Both the position numbers and the translations under genes were made by a program. Under the pieces are notes generated by a model. That model saw nothing but the letters and a program-made list of their open reading frames with translations, did not search any database and had not been told where the DNA came from. Shown here piece by piece: positions 39,840 to 52,737 of a DNA stretch of 64,000 bases (position 1 is its first letter; the number at the start of each line of letters is the position of its first letter). Origin of the DNA: Octopus sinensis (Eukaryota). The stretch spans positions 83,452,001-83,516,000 of the forward strand of contig NC_042997.1 in assembly GCF_006345805.1 (NCBI RefSeq), in the 5' to 3' direction.

Positions 39840-40028
39840 ATGGCTCAACTCATTGGAAGAGTTGCCATAGTGACTGGTGCTAATTGTGGTCTTGGATTTG
39901 AAGTTGCTAAACGTCTGTGTTATTTAGGCCATGATGTCATATTAGCATGCCGCAATGAAGAAAGAGGAAGATGTGCTGTTGAAAACATTTGTAATGAACA
40001 AAATAATGCTCTTGCATCTTATATGAAT
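39840..40028 (+). CDS. SDR coding exon 1
   Basis: ctttaacag|ATG; [19 protein letters not shown]...SYMN|gtaagt. Confidence 0.95.
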
Positions 40029-41167
40029 GTAAGTAAAGCCATTCATCTTGCTATTTCAGCTTTTACTCAGTATGCTCTTGAAAGTCAGGTGTGCAACTGA
40101 AAGAGAGCATTTATTCTTGGTTGTTAGAGTAATACTGGATCTGTAGAGTTCTTTGAAATCCCTTTCCATTCATTGTTATTTGTTGTTGTTCCTTTTTTTG
40201 CTCTCAAATGTTAAATTCATTTTGGGTGCATGAAATGCTAATGCAAGAAATGTCAAAGGTGTGATTTAACTTGGGGTTTCTTACATATGTATGGGAGAGA
40301 ACCTTAAATTATTTTATTTTTCCTGTTTAAAATTAGTAGTTAGGGCATTCAGCTCACAATCGTGAGTTCAATTCCCAGCAATGTGTTGTGTCCTTGGGCA
40401 AGACACTTTATTTCATGTGGCTCCAGTCCACTCAGCTGGCAAAAATGCGTAGTACTTGTATTTCAAAGGGCCAGCCTTATCACATTCTGTGTTACGCTGA
40501 ATCTCCCTGAAAACTACATTAAGGGTACACATGTCTGTGGAGTGCTCAGCCATTTGCACATTAATTTCACGAGCAAGCTGATACAATCAATGGAACAGCT
40601 TGCTCGTGAAATATAAATGTTATAATTTCTAAATCTCTCTAAAGAAAAGATACAGCAGCAGTACTGAGTATTAATATTTATTACCAAACTAAAGTGGCTG
40701 TCCATAGAAATAGGATGAGTGCTGCTGTTGATCAGCTCCAAGAGGCAATCACCTCTAGCTAGCTATATGACGCATGAACCTGCGCCCATAAACCTTTGAA
40801 CAGAGAAGGTCATCAACTTCCCCTTACTGGCTTGCCATCCACAGACCGGTTTCGGGGCAGTTTCCCTTTATCAATGTGGAGCATATGTATATATTTATGT
40901 TTATTTTATAAATTTTTACCTTGTTTTCACTTTGACTCCTCCCCTCATCTTTTTATAACTCATCTTTAACTTCACATTCTTTAACTTCACATTCTGAGTT
41001 CAAAATCTACTTTACCTTTCATCCATCATTATGTTCTGGGTTCAAGTTTTGCTGTGGTCAACTTCGCCTTTTCTCCTTTCGGGGTCAATAAAATAAGAAT
41101 CAGTTGAGAACTGCTGGCCTTGTGCCAAAATTTGTTTTTGTTGTTGTTACTGCTGCTGCTGCTGCTG

Positions 41168-41205
<38 letters not shown>

Positions 41206-42939
41206 GTAGCAAGCTGGCAGGATTGATAAAGTGTTGGACAAAATGGTTAGTGGTACTACTTCTGATTCATTCTGTTCTGAGTTCAAATTCTGCTGAGGTC
41301 AACTTTTCCTTGTGCCTATAGTAGAAAAGATTATTATTATTATTAAGGTGATCTGGTTGAATCATTAGCATTCTAGGTAAAATGCTTAGTGACATTTCAT
41401 CAGTCTTTAAGTTCTGAGTTCAAATCCCGCTGAGGTCAACTTTGTCTTTCATCCTTTTGAGGTCGATAAAATAAGTACCAGTTAAGCACTGGGATTGATG
41501 TAATTGACTAGCCCCCTCCCCCCAAATTTCAGGCCTTGTGCCTATAGTAAAACGAATTATTATTATTATTGTTTGACATGACTCAGAATTGGTCTCATTC
41601 TTGGTAGTATTCATGTGGGTAGCAGGTTACTACTTCTAACCTTAGATATCCACATGATTTCAATAAACTTTCAAGTCGTGTAGGAGTGGCTGTGTGGTAA
41701 GTAGCTTGCTTACGAACCACATGGTCCTGGGTTCAGTCCCACTGCGTGGCACCTTGTCTACTATAGCCTCGGGCCGACCGAAGCCTTGTGAGTGGATTTG
41801 GTAGACGGAAACTGAGAGAAACCCATCGTATATATGTATGTGTGTTTATATATGTTTGCGTGTCTGTGTTTGTCCCCCCAACATTGTTTGACAACCGATA
41901 CTGGTGTGTTTATGTCCCTGTAACTTAGCGGTTCAGCAAAAGAGACCAATAGAATAAGTACTAGGCTTACAAAGAATAAGTCCTGGGGTCGATTTGCTTG
42001 ACTAAAGGTGGGCTCCAGCATGGCCACAGTCAAATGACTGAAACAAGTAAAAGTGTAAAAGTGCTCAAAACAATTCTGATGATCTTTCCTGTTCCTAAAA
42101 GGCAAACTTTCTGTAGAAGCTCTTCAGAACAATCCATTCCAATCTTTTTTAACTATTTGTCATTATTCACATTCCTAGTGCACCAATTATTACATGTATG
42201 ACCTTTACGGATTTCATATTCTAAATCTTCGCAGTCTCAAATTTGAAGGGATTGTAGTATTTTTAAATTTTTCAACTTTCTTCACAATCCTGGAATCAAG
42301 TGGACATGCTGGATCAATCAATAAGCTAGCTTGCTTAATGATTCCATCATGTTGTTAATTTTATTATTATTGTTTGGAGTTGATAAAATAAGTACCATTT
42401 GAGTATTGGGGTTCATATAATCAACTTACCTCTACCCCCTGAAATTTAGGCCTTGTACCTATAGCAGAATATTATCATTGTTTGAGGGCGATGAAATAAG
42501 TACCAGTTGAGGACTGGGGTCAATGTAATTGACTTAACCCCTCCTCTAAAATTGCTGGCCTTGTGCCAAAATTTGAAACCAATATTAGATAAGGCAGTGA
42601 GCTGGCAGAATCATTAGCATGCTGGGCAACATGTTTAGCAGCATTTTGTCCATCTTTATATTCTGTTCTGAGATCAACTTTTCCTTTCATCCTTTTAGGG
42701 TCAATAAAATAAGTACTTACTGAGTACAGGGGTCGATATAATTAACTTACCTCCTCCTCTGAACTTGCTGGCCTTGTGCCAAAATTTAAAATTATTATTG
42801 TTATTGTTTAAGGTCGATGAAATAAATACCAGTTGAGCACTGGAGGTGATGTAATTGACTATCAACCTCCCCTAAATTACAGGTTTTATACCTATTGAAG
42901 AAAGGATTATCATTATTACTATTGTTGCTTTGTTGTTGT

Positions 42940-42972
<33 letters not shown>

Positions 42973-43912
42973 TTCAGCTTGACCTGGCTGATATTTCTTC
43001 TGTACACAAATTTGTGGATGAGTTCCACGAAACTGGAAAACCACTTGATCTCCTTATTAACAATGCTGCTGTTTTTGATAACTCTGGGGAAGAAAGGAAG
43101 CTGACAAAAGATGGATTTGAATTAACCATGGGTACAAATCACTTAGGTAATTGGTAATTCTGTTCTTGCAACTCTGTCTTGTCTGTGAGGAATTCATAAT
43201 GTCACAGTTGCTTTTTGATTGATTGTTTAAGGTTTTTAAAGTTTTAAAGAAATTTGTTGAATGGGAAAGATGGTTGATTGTTATGACCAGACACTGAATA
43301 GCAAGTCTCTGTTGTCTGGGCACCCATGAAATCGTAGCTGTGTCCATTGGAAGTGTCATAAAAATGGCACATAAAAAAGAGAGATCGGTGTTAGAAAGGG
43401 CATCCAGTTATAGAAACCATGTCAGATCAGACTGGAACCTGGTGTAACTTTCAGGCTTACCAGTTCCAGTGAAACTGTCTAACCCATACCAGCATGGAAA
43501 GCAGATGTTAAATTATGATTGGGTACATGTCACTTAACTTTCCAATAGCTCACCTTATCATCATCATTTGAACATCCACTTTTTCATGCTTGCATGAGTC
43601 AGATGGAGTTTATTAAGGCATATCTTCTACACTCTGATGCTCTTCCTATTGCTAATCCTCACCTGTTTTCAGTCATAATAATATTTCTCCATGACCAGGC
43701 ATGTTTTTGCAGAATATTGGAAATGAATGACTCTGCTTTTTTGACAGTGACATTCAACTATCATGTGACATCAAGACAAGGACACACACATGCACACACA
43801 ATATTGACAGAAGTAGTATTAATACCAAGAGGCAATCTTTATCTCCAATACAATGTGGGTGTTATTAGAACAGAGAATACTGCATCATTTACCTTGAGAG
43901 GACTTCCCTCTA

Positions 43913-43961
<49 letters not shown>

Positions 43962-46900
43962 TCATCATCATCATCATCATCGTTTAACATCAGCTTTCCA
44001 TGCTGGGATGGGTTGGACGGTTTGACTGGAGACTAGCAAGCCAGTCTGATCTGGCAAGGTTTCTCCAGCTGGATGCCCTTCCTAATGCCAACCACTCTGA
44101 GAGTGTAGTGGGTACTTTTTACGTGCCACCGGCATGGGACATCGATGATGATCGGATGGTGCTTTTTACGTGCTACTGGCACAGGAACCAGTTAGGTGGC
44201 AATGGCATTGATCGCATTTGGGTTGTGCTTTTTATTTTCCACCGGTACGGGTGCCAGTCAGTGGGTACTGGCATCAACCATGTTCACATAGTGCTTTTTC
44301 ACAGGGAGCTAGTCTGTGACACTAGCATTGACCCATGCTCCAATGGTGCTTGTTACATGCCACCAGTTTCGATTTCAATTTCACCTGACTCAACAAGTCT
44401 TCTCAAGCACATCATATCACCTGACAATTCAAGGGTACTTTTAAATGGGCCGGATATGCAACACTGGCATTGGCCACAGCTGCAATCTCACTTTACTTGC
44501 TGGCTCTTCTCAATCTCAGCACATCTCCGAAGGTCTTGATCTCTTGTCATTGTCTCTATGAGGCTCAATGTTCAACGGTTATGCTTCACCACCTCATCCC
44601 ATGTCTTCCTGGGTCTACCTCTTCCACAGGTTCCTTCTACTGTTAGGGTGTGACACTTCTTCACACAGCTCTACTCATCCATACACAGTGCAGTCGTTTC
44701 TCTTGCACACCACATCTAATGCTTCTTATGTCCAACTTTTCTTTCAGGGTGCATATAGTCTGTCATGTATGCACACTAACATTACACATCCAGTGGATCA
44801 TACTAGCTTAATTTCTTTCAAGCCTATGCATGTCCTCAACAGTCATGGTTCATGTTTCACTGTGTACGTGGCAGTTTGCACACATGCATCATACAGTCTA
44901 TCTCTGGGTGATAGGCCCTTTGTTAATAGTAGAGGTAGGAGCTTTCTGAACTTTGCCCAGGCTGTTCTTATATAGCAGCTACAGTCTCAGAGCATTCACC
45001 CCACCACTACAGACTTGGTTTCATAGGTAGTGGAAGCTATCAACTACTTCTAGTTTTTCCCTCTGGCATGTGATGGAATCTGTTTTCTGTTTTCTTTACA
45101 TCTTCGGTGTTTCTTGCCCCTGTGCATCTGCTATACACGAAAACTATCTTCCCAGTTAACTTCGATATTGCTGCACCTCTTATGTGTCCATAGCTTACAC
45201 CAGGTACATCTTATGGAGTTTCTACCTATACCTTTTCTACAGATCAAGCAGGGCCATCTACCTGAAGGGGTTTGTAATTTGTTTGCCTTCCTACTTACTA
45301 GGACTTTGGTTTTTGCCAGGTTGACGCTGGTATATATATATATATATATATATATATCTACACACACACATATATACATACAGACTGGCTTCTTTCAGTT
45401 TCCATCTGTCAGATTCACTTGCAAAGCTTTGGTTGGCCAATGCTATAGTAAACATTGCTTAAGGTACCATGCAGTGTGGCTGAACTCAGAACCATGTGGT
45501 TGAGAAGCAAGCAAACGTCTTAGCCACACACCCATGCCTGCACCTAAAATATTATTATTATTTTTTTTTTTTTTGTTTCCTTAATATGATACTGTATTAA
45601 ATTGAAGTCTTGTTTAAATTTGATTATATTTGTAAAAATATACATAATTCTATTTTTGAATTTGTTTTGCAAGAATTTTGAGCTGAAACTGTTGAAACTA
45701 ATGTTGTTGTACTTTGGGAGAGTTATATTGCCAAGCAACACCCACACTTCAGTTTTACTTTAAATGTTAATTAATTTGCCAGAAATCATTTTATTGAATT
45801 CATTGAAAAGGTCACAGAAGTGTTATGAAAGAAAAAGAAAATTCTTATAGATTACTTGACAGTAAAACTAAAGTTAGTTGCAACCATTGTGTCAGTATGA
45901 CTGCTCTCCACCAATACCACCACCACAAAATTCAACATAATATTATTGTTTAGTAAAAAGAAAATGTTTCTTCTTGCAGGTCATTTTTTACTTACTATTC
46001 TTCTATTAGAAGACTTAGAAAATTCTGCTGCTCTGAATGGTGAATCTCGAATAGTCAATGTCACTTCTTTACTTCATGACACCCAAATCAAACATATGAA
46101 AGACAGTAAGTTATTTTGAATCATTTTCAGGAAGTTTGGTTTTACTATATTGTCTTAAATAGAAAGTTGTTGATTAAATCCAAGTTATCGCTGATCCCAT
46201 TTTTTAAAGACATAGCTTAGTTTAGACTGTAATAACTAATTTGTCTTTATAGATGTTAGTTGTTAATTGAGGGAAACTTAGCTGCTATTTCTAGCATTTT
46301 GAACAACCATGCAGAGGGTTCATTAGGCTTAAATTGCATCCACCATCCTGGTTAACATTACATGTGACCCTGGGTTGTTTTTGTTGGCATTCATTTTATT
46401 GCGAGTGTTTTAGACCGGGCAGTTGGTTCCCTAACTGCTCATATTTTCCTGACGGCTGTTTATATTGAACTATAGTTCTATTAATCTCAGTCAGTCTAGG
46501 AATGTCTGTCATGGGCATTGCACCACCTCGCTTGACCAACTTAGAAGAAAATAATAGTGAGTTGGCACATGCATGTCAGACAGCTGAGTGATATGAAGAT
46601 GTCATAAAGTCCAATGATTGTTGGATAGAAAAGCAAAAAAAAGTGTGTTAGTAGTTAAAAGTAGTTCTTGTAGAAGAAGACTGGGAAGGAATCTGTGGAT
46701 TCTAAATATCCAAGATGTTAACCTGGACAAGACATTAAATTGCATCCAGTGATGAGGCTCCAGCTCTGGAGTTCTGGAGTCTTGTGGGAGAACTGAATTA
46801 CCCTTTAGTCACCTCTGTACTTTGTCCACTCTGGCTGGGGTGATAGTACTTGTCAAGAGCCTTAGTTATTGGCTTTTTGCAAGAGATGGTTCTATAGCTA

Positions 46901-49900
46901 AGGGCTGGCCCCTAGAAATGTCACACAGCATAATGGTGTGTTTATATGCTCTCACCATTTTAAAGTTTAAATAGGCCCTGTAAGTCAAGGGTAAGTTCAG
47001 GGGAGCCAAAGTCTAGCAGAATAAACTGTAAATAAAGCAGTAGAAGACAGAAAAACCCATGCACATTGCACACAAGCAGTGTCACACTCTATCCTTCACT
47101 TGAAAAGAGAAATTCCTTATGTTATCTGTGTAGATATAATAGGAACTGAAATAATTCTACTCAGAATTTTTTTCTTGTTTGTTTTTCAGGAGCAAAACCC
47201 CTTGACATGAACAACTTTTTTTTGGAAAAGCCAAATACCTACAATGGTCTTCAAGCCTACAAAAACTCCAAACTTGCAAATGTGATTTTTACTTACGAAT
47301 TAGCTGAAAGAGTTCGTAACAAGAACATTACAGTAAACTGCTTATGTCCAGGCAAGGATACTATATTATTAGTATTGTTATTTTTCAGAAACTCGTACAC
47401 TTGTAGCAGCCACAGTGTTGAAACTACTTGATATTCCTGTTTGTTTATTGATTAAAATAAGTTTACATACCTTTCTTTCATGCCTGTATCTCAATCTCAT
47501 TCTATCCTGCTCTCTTTTCTGAAATTCTCTTCTCATTTATCTCCATCTCGCTTTCTTCTATCTCCTTGTTTGACTTATTGGCTTTCTCACTTCTTATTGT
47601 ATATGTTTTTAGTTTCTTTACTGCCTAACCTTATAGCCTTCCCCATTAAACTTTCTACTTTACTCATTCCTCTACTGATAAACGTTTCTGGTTATTCCAC
47701 TTTAATTGTCTAACTTTTAAATTTCCCCTCAACCTTATGGTCTTCCTTCTTTCTCAATGCTTAACTTTCTAGTCCTCCTCTCTTCCATTCTTTAACTTTC
47801 TAGTTTCACACCCTCTCATGATCAGTTTCTAGTTTTCCCACTCTCCTACTGTTTAATTCTCTAGTTTCCTTACTTTTACATTGTATAGCTTCATAGTTTT
47901 CCTATTCTAATGTTGCCTAACTTTCTAGCTTCTCCATTCTCATATTGTGTAACTTCCTCATTTTCCTCACTATCTGGTGTTGGTTCCATGTAAAATGCAT
48001 CAGTGCTGGTGCCACATAAAATGCACTCAGTACACTCTGTGGAGTGGTTGGTGTTAGGAAGGGCATCCAGCCATAGAAATCAAACCAAAACAGACTATGG
48101 AACCTGGTGTGGTCCTTGACTTTGCCAGTTCCTATGAAGCTGTCCAACCCATGCCAGTATGGAAAATGGACATTAGATAATGATGATGATGATGATAAGA
48201 AACATACTGCTTTGTGGCTTGGTTTTACAGGCTTATAAAAGACTTAGACAATGGTATTGCATATTAATAAAGGAACCATGCATTGTAACTCTACTGTTTC
48301 AAATGATAAACTGATCTGTTGAAATGATTATGGCTGAAAGGCCTTTGATTATAGGTTTGCTGAATTAAAACTTACCTGGAGCTAAACAATACTTTACTGA
48401 CTTAGTTAGCCATATCCTAATTAACATTGCTTTTATTGTTACAAAGATGATGATTGTTCAAATTTAAGTGCCTGATAACTAGATGTAGGCAGCACATAAT
48501 TGGGAACTTAATCACTCGGATTTCAAATTTTACACACTTTCTAGGTTCAGTATATGTATGTCCTTTATATAGTTAGATAATGGAAAATATCTGATTCATG
48601 TACTTTACTCAGAGAGAGATAAAGATCAATTGACTTGAGGTAGAGATGAAAACAAATGTTAGCATTGTTTAAACAGTATCAATGTGAAGACACACTCAAA
48701 CAAATACACACATACACACAATCATCGTCATTATCATCATCACTATTGTCATCATCATCATCTTCTTTTTCTTACAGATCCTTTCTAGCGTGACTTGGAT
48801 GGGATCATAGTCTGAATCAATTCTTATTTGAAGCTAATTCTCTTCTGGGTAGATTGAAGGATCACATCTCACTTGTAAATTATGAATTAAAAGCTTCTCT
48901 AATAATATAAATATTATTGGTTAAACATGCATAGTGTATGTATTTTGTTTATACATCAATTTGCTGTGGGATAGCATCCTGGGAAAGCTCCCTTCCCTAC
49001 ACAATGCTGAGTGTTAAAGGGCACTGAATGTCTCAGCCATGTGAGTCACCTTGCCTCAAGTTATTGAGAATGATAGATATTGATATTTCGCTATTGTTGT
49101 AGCTACTTAGTATCATTTACTCAATTCACCTCAAAACGAATTGAATCACTGCTCTGGGTCATAAATGCAAATAGTGTGAAGTCTATCATTCTCAATCACT
49201 TTTGGCAAGTTGTCTCACCTGTCTGGGACATTCAGTGTTCTTTAACACTCAGCATTATGTAGGGAGCTTTCCCAGGACCAGGACGCTTTTCCACACCAAA
49301 TTGGCATATTAACTAATCAAATACACTATGTATGTGTGACAGATAATTTTTCCCTTTGTTTGTCTGACTGAATGTCTTCCTTATCACCATATTTTTACTG
49401 AGTTTCTTTATGATGGGATTCCATACAATTTTTATATACCAGTTTTGCTTACAAGGCAATGATCAACCTGTGATTAAAATAGAATACACTTGCTCAAAGT
49501 GCCATAGAATAGGATAGAACCCAAACTTTACAACTTGTCTACTGCTAAGCCATACCAGGCAAGAAGCCTTTTCAGTGAGCTATAGACTCTGAAGCCATAG
49601 TAACATAGAATAGTTGATCTTTTCACCTAATAATTTTTCTTTGTCTTCTTTTTTTCAGGTTTTATTCCTAAGACAAATCTGGGGCGTGATGTCAGTGGTG
49701 CCAAAAGATTCTTTTTGAATTATGTTCTCTATTACTTTTTACGCTATTTGAACATTGCTAAGACAATTGATGAAGGTGCTGAAGCTATTATGGATTGTGC
49801 TGTTGGAGAAAAACTAAAAGGTTAATGAAATATTTCTTTTTATTATTTATTAATAATGTTTGAGGTGGCGAGCTAGCAGAATCATTAGCATGCTGAACAA

Positions 49901-52737
49901 AAGGCTTAGCAGCATTTTGTCCATCTCTATGTTCTGAGTTCAAATTCTGCCAAGGTCATCTTTGTCTTACATCCTTTTGGAGTTGATAAATTAAGTATCA
50001 GTTAAGCATTGGGGATCAATGTAATTGACTTACCCCATTCCTATAATTGCTGGCCTTGTGCCAAAATTTGAAACCATTATTTATTAATAATGTTGACAGC
50101 AGTCACTCTTCCAATCAAAACAAGAAAACTAAGTTTCCATTGTTTTTTCTTTTCTCCTATTACTCTTATTATTTGTTAAGTGCGACGCTTTACAGAAACA
50201 TTGCCTTTCTTTTCTGGTGGCAGAAGGCTAGATTTGAATACTGTAAGGCATTCCATCTGATTCTCAAACAATTCCTCCAATTTATTACTCAAGACTAGTT
50301 TTTTGAGGTTAACTTGCAGAGTTGTTGGAGAGTTGCATGGAATACTTAGCAGTATTTGTTCTGACTCTTCTTTCTCAGTTCAAACCCTGCTCAGGATAAC
50401 TTTGCCTTTTGTCCTTTTGGTCTGAGTAAAATACAGATTTTATCAACTCCAGTCAAGTGCTGGGATCAATGTAATCAATCAACTGTTCCCGTTCCTACCA
50501 AATTTCTGTCTTTGTACCTATATAATATAATCTACAGTCTGTTGTCAGTGACTATGACTGACTTCATGAATCAATTTTCTCCTGATAAAGCAATCACCAA
50601 CTAGCTGGTATCACTTTGCAGCAGGGATAGATAGATCTTTTAGACTCTGATTTACAGTGTCCTTAAATCTCAATTTAGATCTACTAATATTTTGATAGCC
50701 ATCTGCCAGTTGCAAGAACAGGCCTTTTTTGAGAGTTTATCACCACCAAGTCTGACAATGTGGCCTGTCCAATGGAGATTTCTCTGCATCAATAGATGGT
50801 GCATAAATTGAAAGCGAACCTTGTTGAGGACTTTGGAGTTTGAGGTATGCTAAAGCCATTTGATGTTCATGGTAGAATAGCTCTCAAATATCATGTGGCA
50901 TCTGAGAGCCATTCAATTTGACTTGTGCTTTGTAAAGTGTCCATGCCTCTGCACCATACATTAAAGTTGAGATGCCAATGGCTCTGTATACCATCTGGTC
51001 TTGTGCCTTTGTAATATTCCTTTGTTATCAAAAGTGAATTGATGGCTGGATTTGGTGGAGTGTCAAACAACATATTTCACATTTAGATTTGTTTGTTTTG
51101 GTTGTAAATTTTAGTCCTGCAGGGGTTGACCCTGCTTTCTAGAGTCAATAATGTAAGTATCTGTACCTTAGCTTTATATAAGCAAAACAAGGAAGCCTCT
51201 ACTTCACTTGCTAGTATGATTAACAAATACTTTTACTGGCAGTGTAGCATTGAATCAAGATCTAATTTACATAAAAATATAGAAAACTTTTATTTATTTT
51301 GTTTTATCAATCATACTTATGAAAACGCAATTATGAATAGCATAAATTTTTTAAACATTTGTATTTGTATGGATTTTCTAAAGTCTTAAATCACCATCAT
51401 CATAACAACCATTTTTCCATGCTTGTATGGGTTGGATGCAGTTTATTGAAGCAGGTTTTTTACAGTTAAATGCTTATTATTAGCAATCCTTACCTGTTTC
51501 TGAGTAAAGTAATATTTCCTTGTGACCAAACACATTTACACACAATATTGGAAATAAATGACATTCATTTACAGCAGTCATGCTGTATCAAAACAAGGAG
51601 ACACAAACACATTTGCATGTGAACGCACCACACACACATGACTTCTTTAATTTTCCATATGCCAGATGTACTCACAAGACTGGCTGTCCCAAGTTATAGA
51701 AGAAGACACCTTCTCAAGGTGCCATACAGTGGCACTGTACCTGAAGCCATGTGGTTGGGAAGCAAACTTTGTAACCACTCAGCCTTAAAAATTTGCAAGC
51801 ACTGAGATATTTCATGCCATGCACTGTTTATATGTAATTGGTGGCTCCAAATGTATTGTTGTTGACTTGTTTTACTATACACACCTTGTGAGCAATAGAT
51901 TTTCTACACCAAACTGAAATTTTGTTTACCAAAGGGTAAATTTATTTTGTTGAAGTACAATGCTAACATATTACTAGATAAAATAATGATGCTAAATTAT
52001 TACTTTTTCACTGAACTACTAACCATGTTTATTTTTACACGACTTCATTATCATCATTTAACATCTGTTGTCCATGCTGGCATGGGTTGGACAGGTTGAC
52101 CAGGGCTGGTAAGCTGAAGGGCTGCACCAGACTCCAGTCTGATTTGGCATGGTTTCTATGGCTGGATGCCCTTCCTAATGCCAACCACTCCAAGAGTGTA
52201 ATGGGTGTCAGTTGCATGACACCAGTATCTACCACTACTGTGATTTAATTTGGTTTGATGGGTCTTCTACTCAAGCACGGTATATTGCTGAAGGTCTGTC
52301 ATCTGTGAGGCTCAATGCTCAAAAGGAGCTTTCTATGTGCCACCAGCACAGGTGCTAGTTACGTGACACCTTTAAAGCTCATATTTTTTTTTTTATCTTA
52401 TTTGAATTATGTACCTAATATATCTTACATACTTTTATATAGAATTTTATAATCTTGCTTTCATTTGTGCCTTTCAGGAGTAACTGGAAAATTCTTCAGA
52501 GATCGAGAAGAAGCACACTCATCTCTGGAATCTATGGATAAATCCCTGAGAACTGAATTGTGGGATGCAAGTGTGCTTTACTGCTATTTAGAGGGTAAAG
52601 TTCCACTTCCCACTGTAGGACTGAAATTTTCTGATAATCTTCCTGTCAAGATCTCAGTAACGCCTTCTCCTGATGAGGAAACTCCAGATCTGGGAATAAA
52701 GTCTTCTCCAAAAAATCATTCTAAACTGGAGGCATGA
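39840..52737 (+). CDS. Classical SDR, retinol dehydrogenase 11-14/WWOX-like; 6 coding exons, 355 aa
   Basis: Join 39840-40028, 42978-43146, 45980-46105, 47190-47351, 49659-49820 and 52478-52737 gives 1068 nt, open, with compatible phases (0,1,1,1,1). Motifs: [53 protein letters not shown] and TGKFF. No ortholog symbol can be assigned. Confidence 0.95.
40838..40880 (-). ncRNA. Degenerate minimal type I hammerhead-like motif in SDR intron 1
   Basis: Minus strand: TCCACA-TTGATAA-AGGG-AAACTG-CCCC-GAAA-CCG-GTC-TGTGGA; perfect 6-bp stem I, but the core differs from CTGATGA at two positions. Confidence 0.6.
41677..42053 (+). mobile_element. SINE family B (GGAGTGGCTGTGTGGTAAG head), near full length
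   Basis: Box A/B-like head GGTTCAGTCCC; shared with copies at 1780, 60053 and 63455 and minus copies at 24650, 34010 and 45380. Confidence 0.8.
42978..43146 (+). CDS. SDR coding exon 2
   Basis: atttcag|LDLADISSV...LINNAAVF...MGTNHL(G)|gtaatt. Confidence 0.95.
43975..45335 (-). mobile_element. Decayed RTE LINE fragments in SDR intron 2
   Basis: [13 protein letters not shown]...[30 protein letters not shown] (ORF 45131-45379) plus C-terminal and 3' UTR homology to 16101-19470. Confidence 0.85.
45980..46105 (+). CDS. SDR coding exon 3
   Basis: ttcttgcag|(G)HFLLTILLL...[11 protein letters not shown]...KD|gtaagt. Confidence 0.93.
47190..47351 (+). CDS. SDR coding exon 4 (catalytic YxxxK), ending at a GC donor
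   Basis: gtttttcag|...[22 protein letters not shown]...VNCLCP(G)|gcaagg. Confidence 0.92.
48926..49334. repeat. Inverted repeat (about 150-bp arms, 100-bp spacer) in SDR intron 4
   Basis: 48926-49077 is a degenerate reverse complement of 49182-49334 (e.g. CAATGCTGAGTGTTAAAG / CTTTAACACTCAGCATT). Confidence 0.8.
49659..49820 (+). CDS. SDR coding exon 5
   Basis: tttttcag|(G)[10 protein letters not shown]...[20 protein letters not shown](G)|gttaat. Confidence 0.93.
50560..51080 (-). mobile_element. Old RTE-like LINE relic in SDR intron 5
   Basis: Minus strand reads [22 protein letters not shown], resembling QLRW.GHV.RM...RLPK. Confidence 0.5.
52478..52737 (+). CDS. SDR coding exon 6 (terminal)
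   Basis: gcctttcag|(G)[11 protein letters not shown]...LWDASV...KLEA-TGA. Confidence 0.93.

Noticed and set aside
47372-47373. GT donor as an alternative to the GC donor
   Set aside because: Phase 0 is incompatible with the phase-1 acceptor at 49659 and breaks the CPG-F motif.
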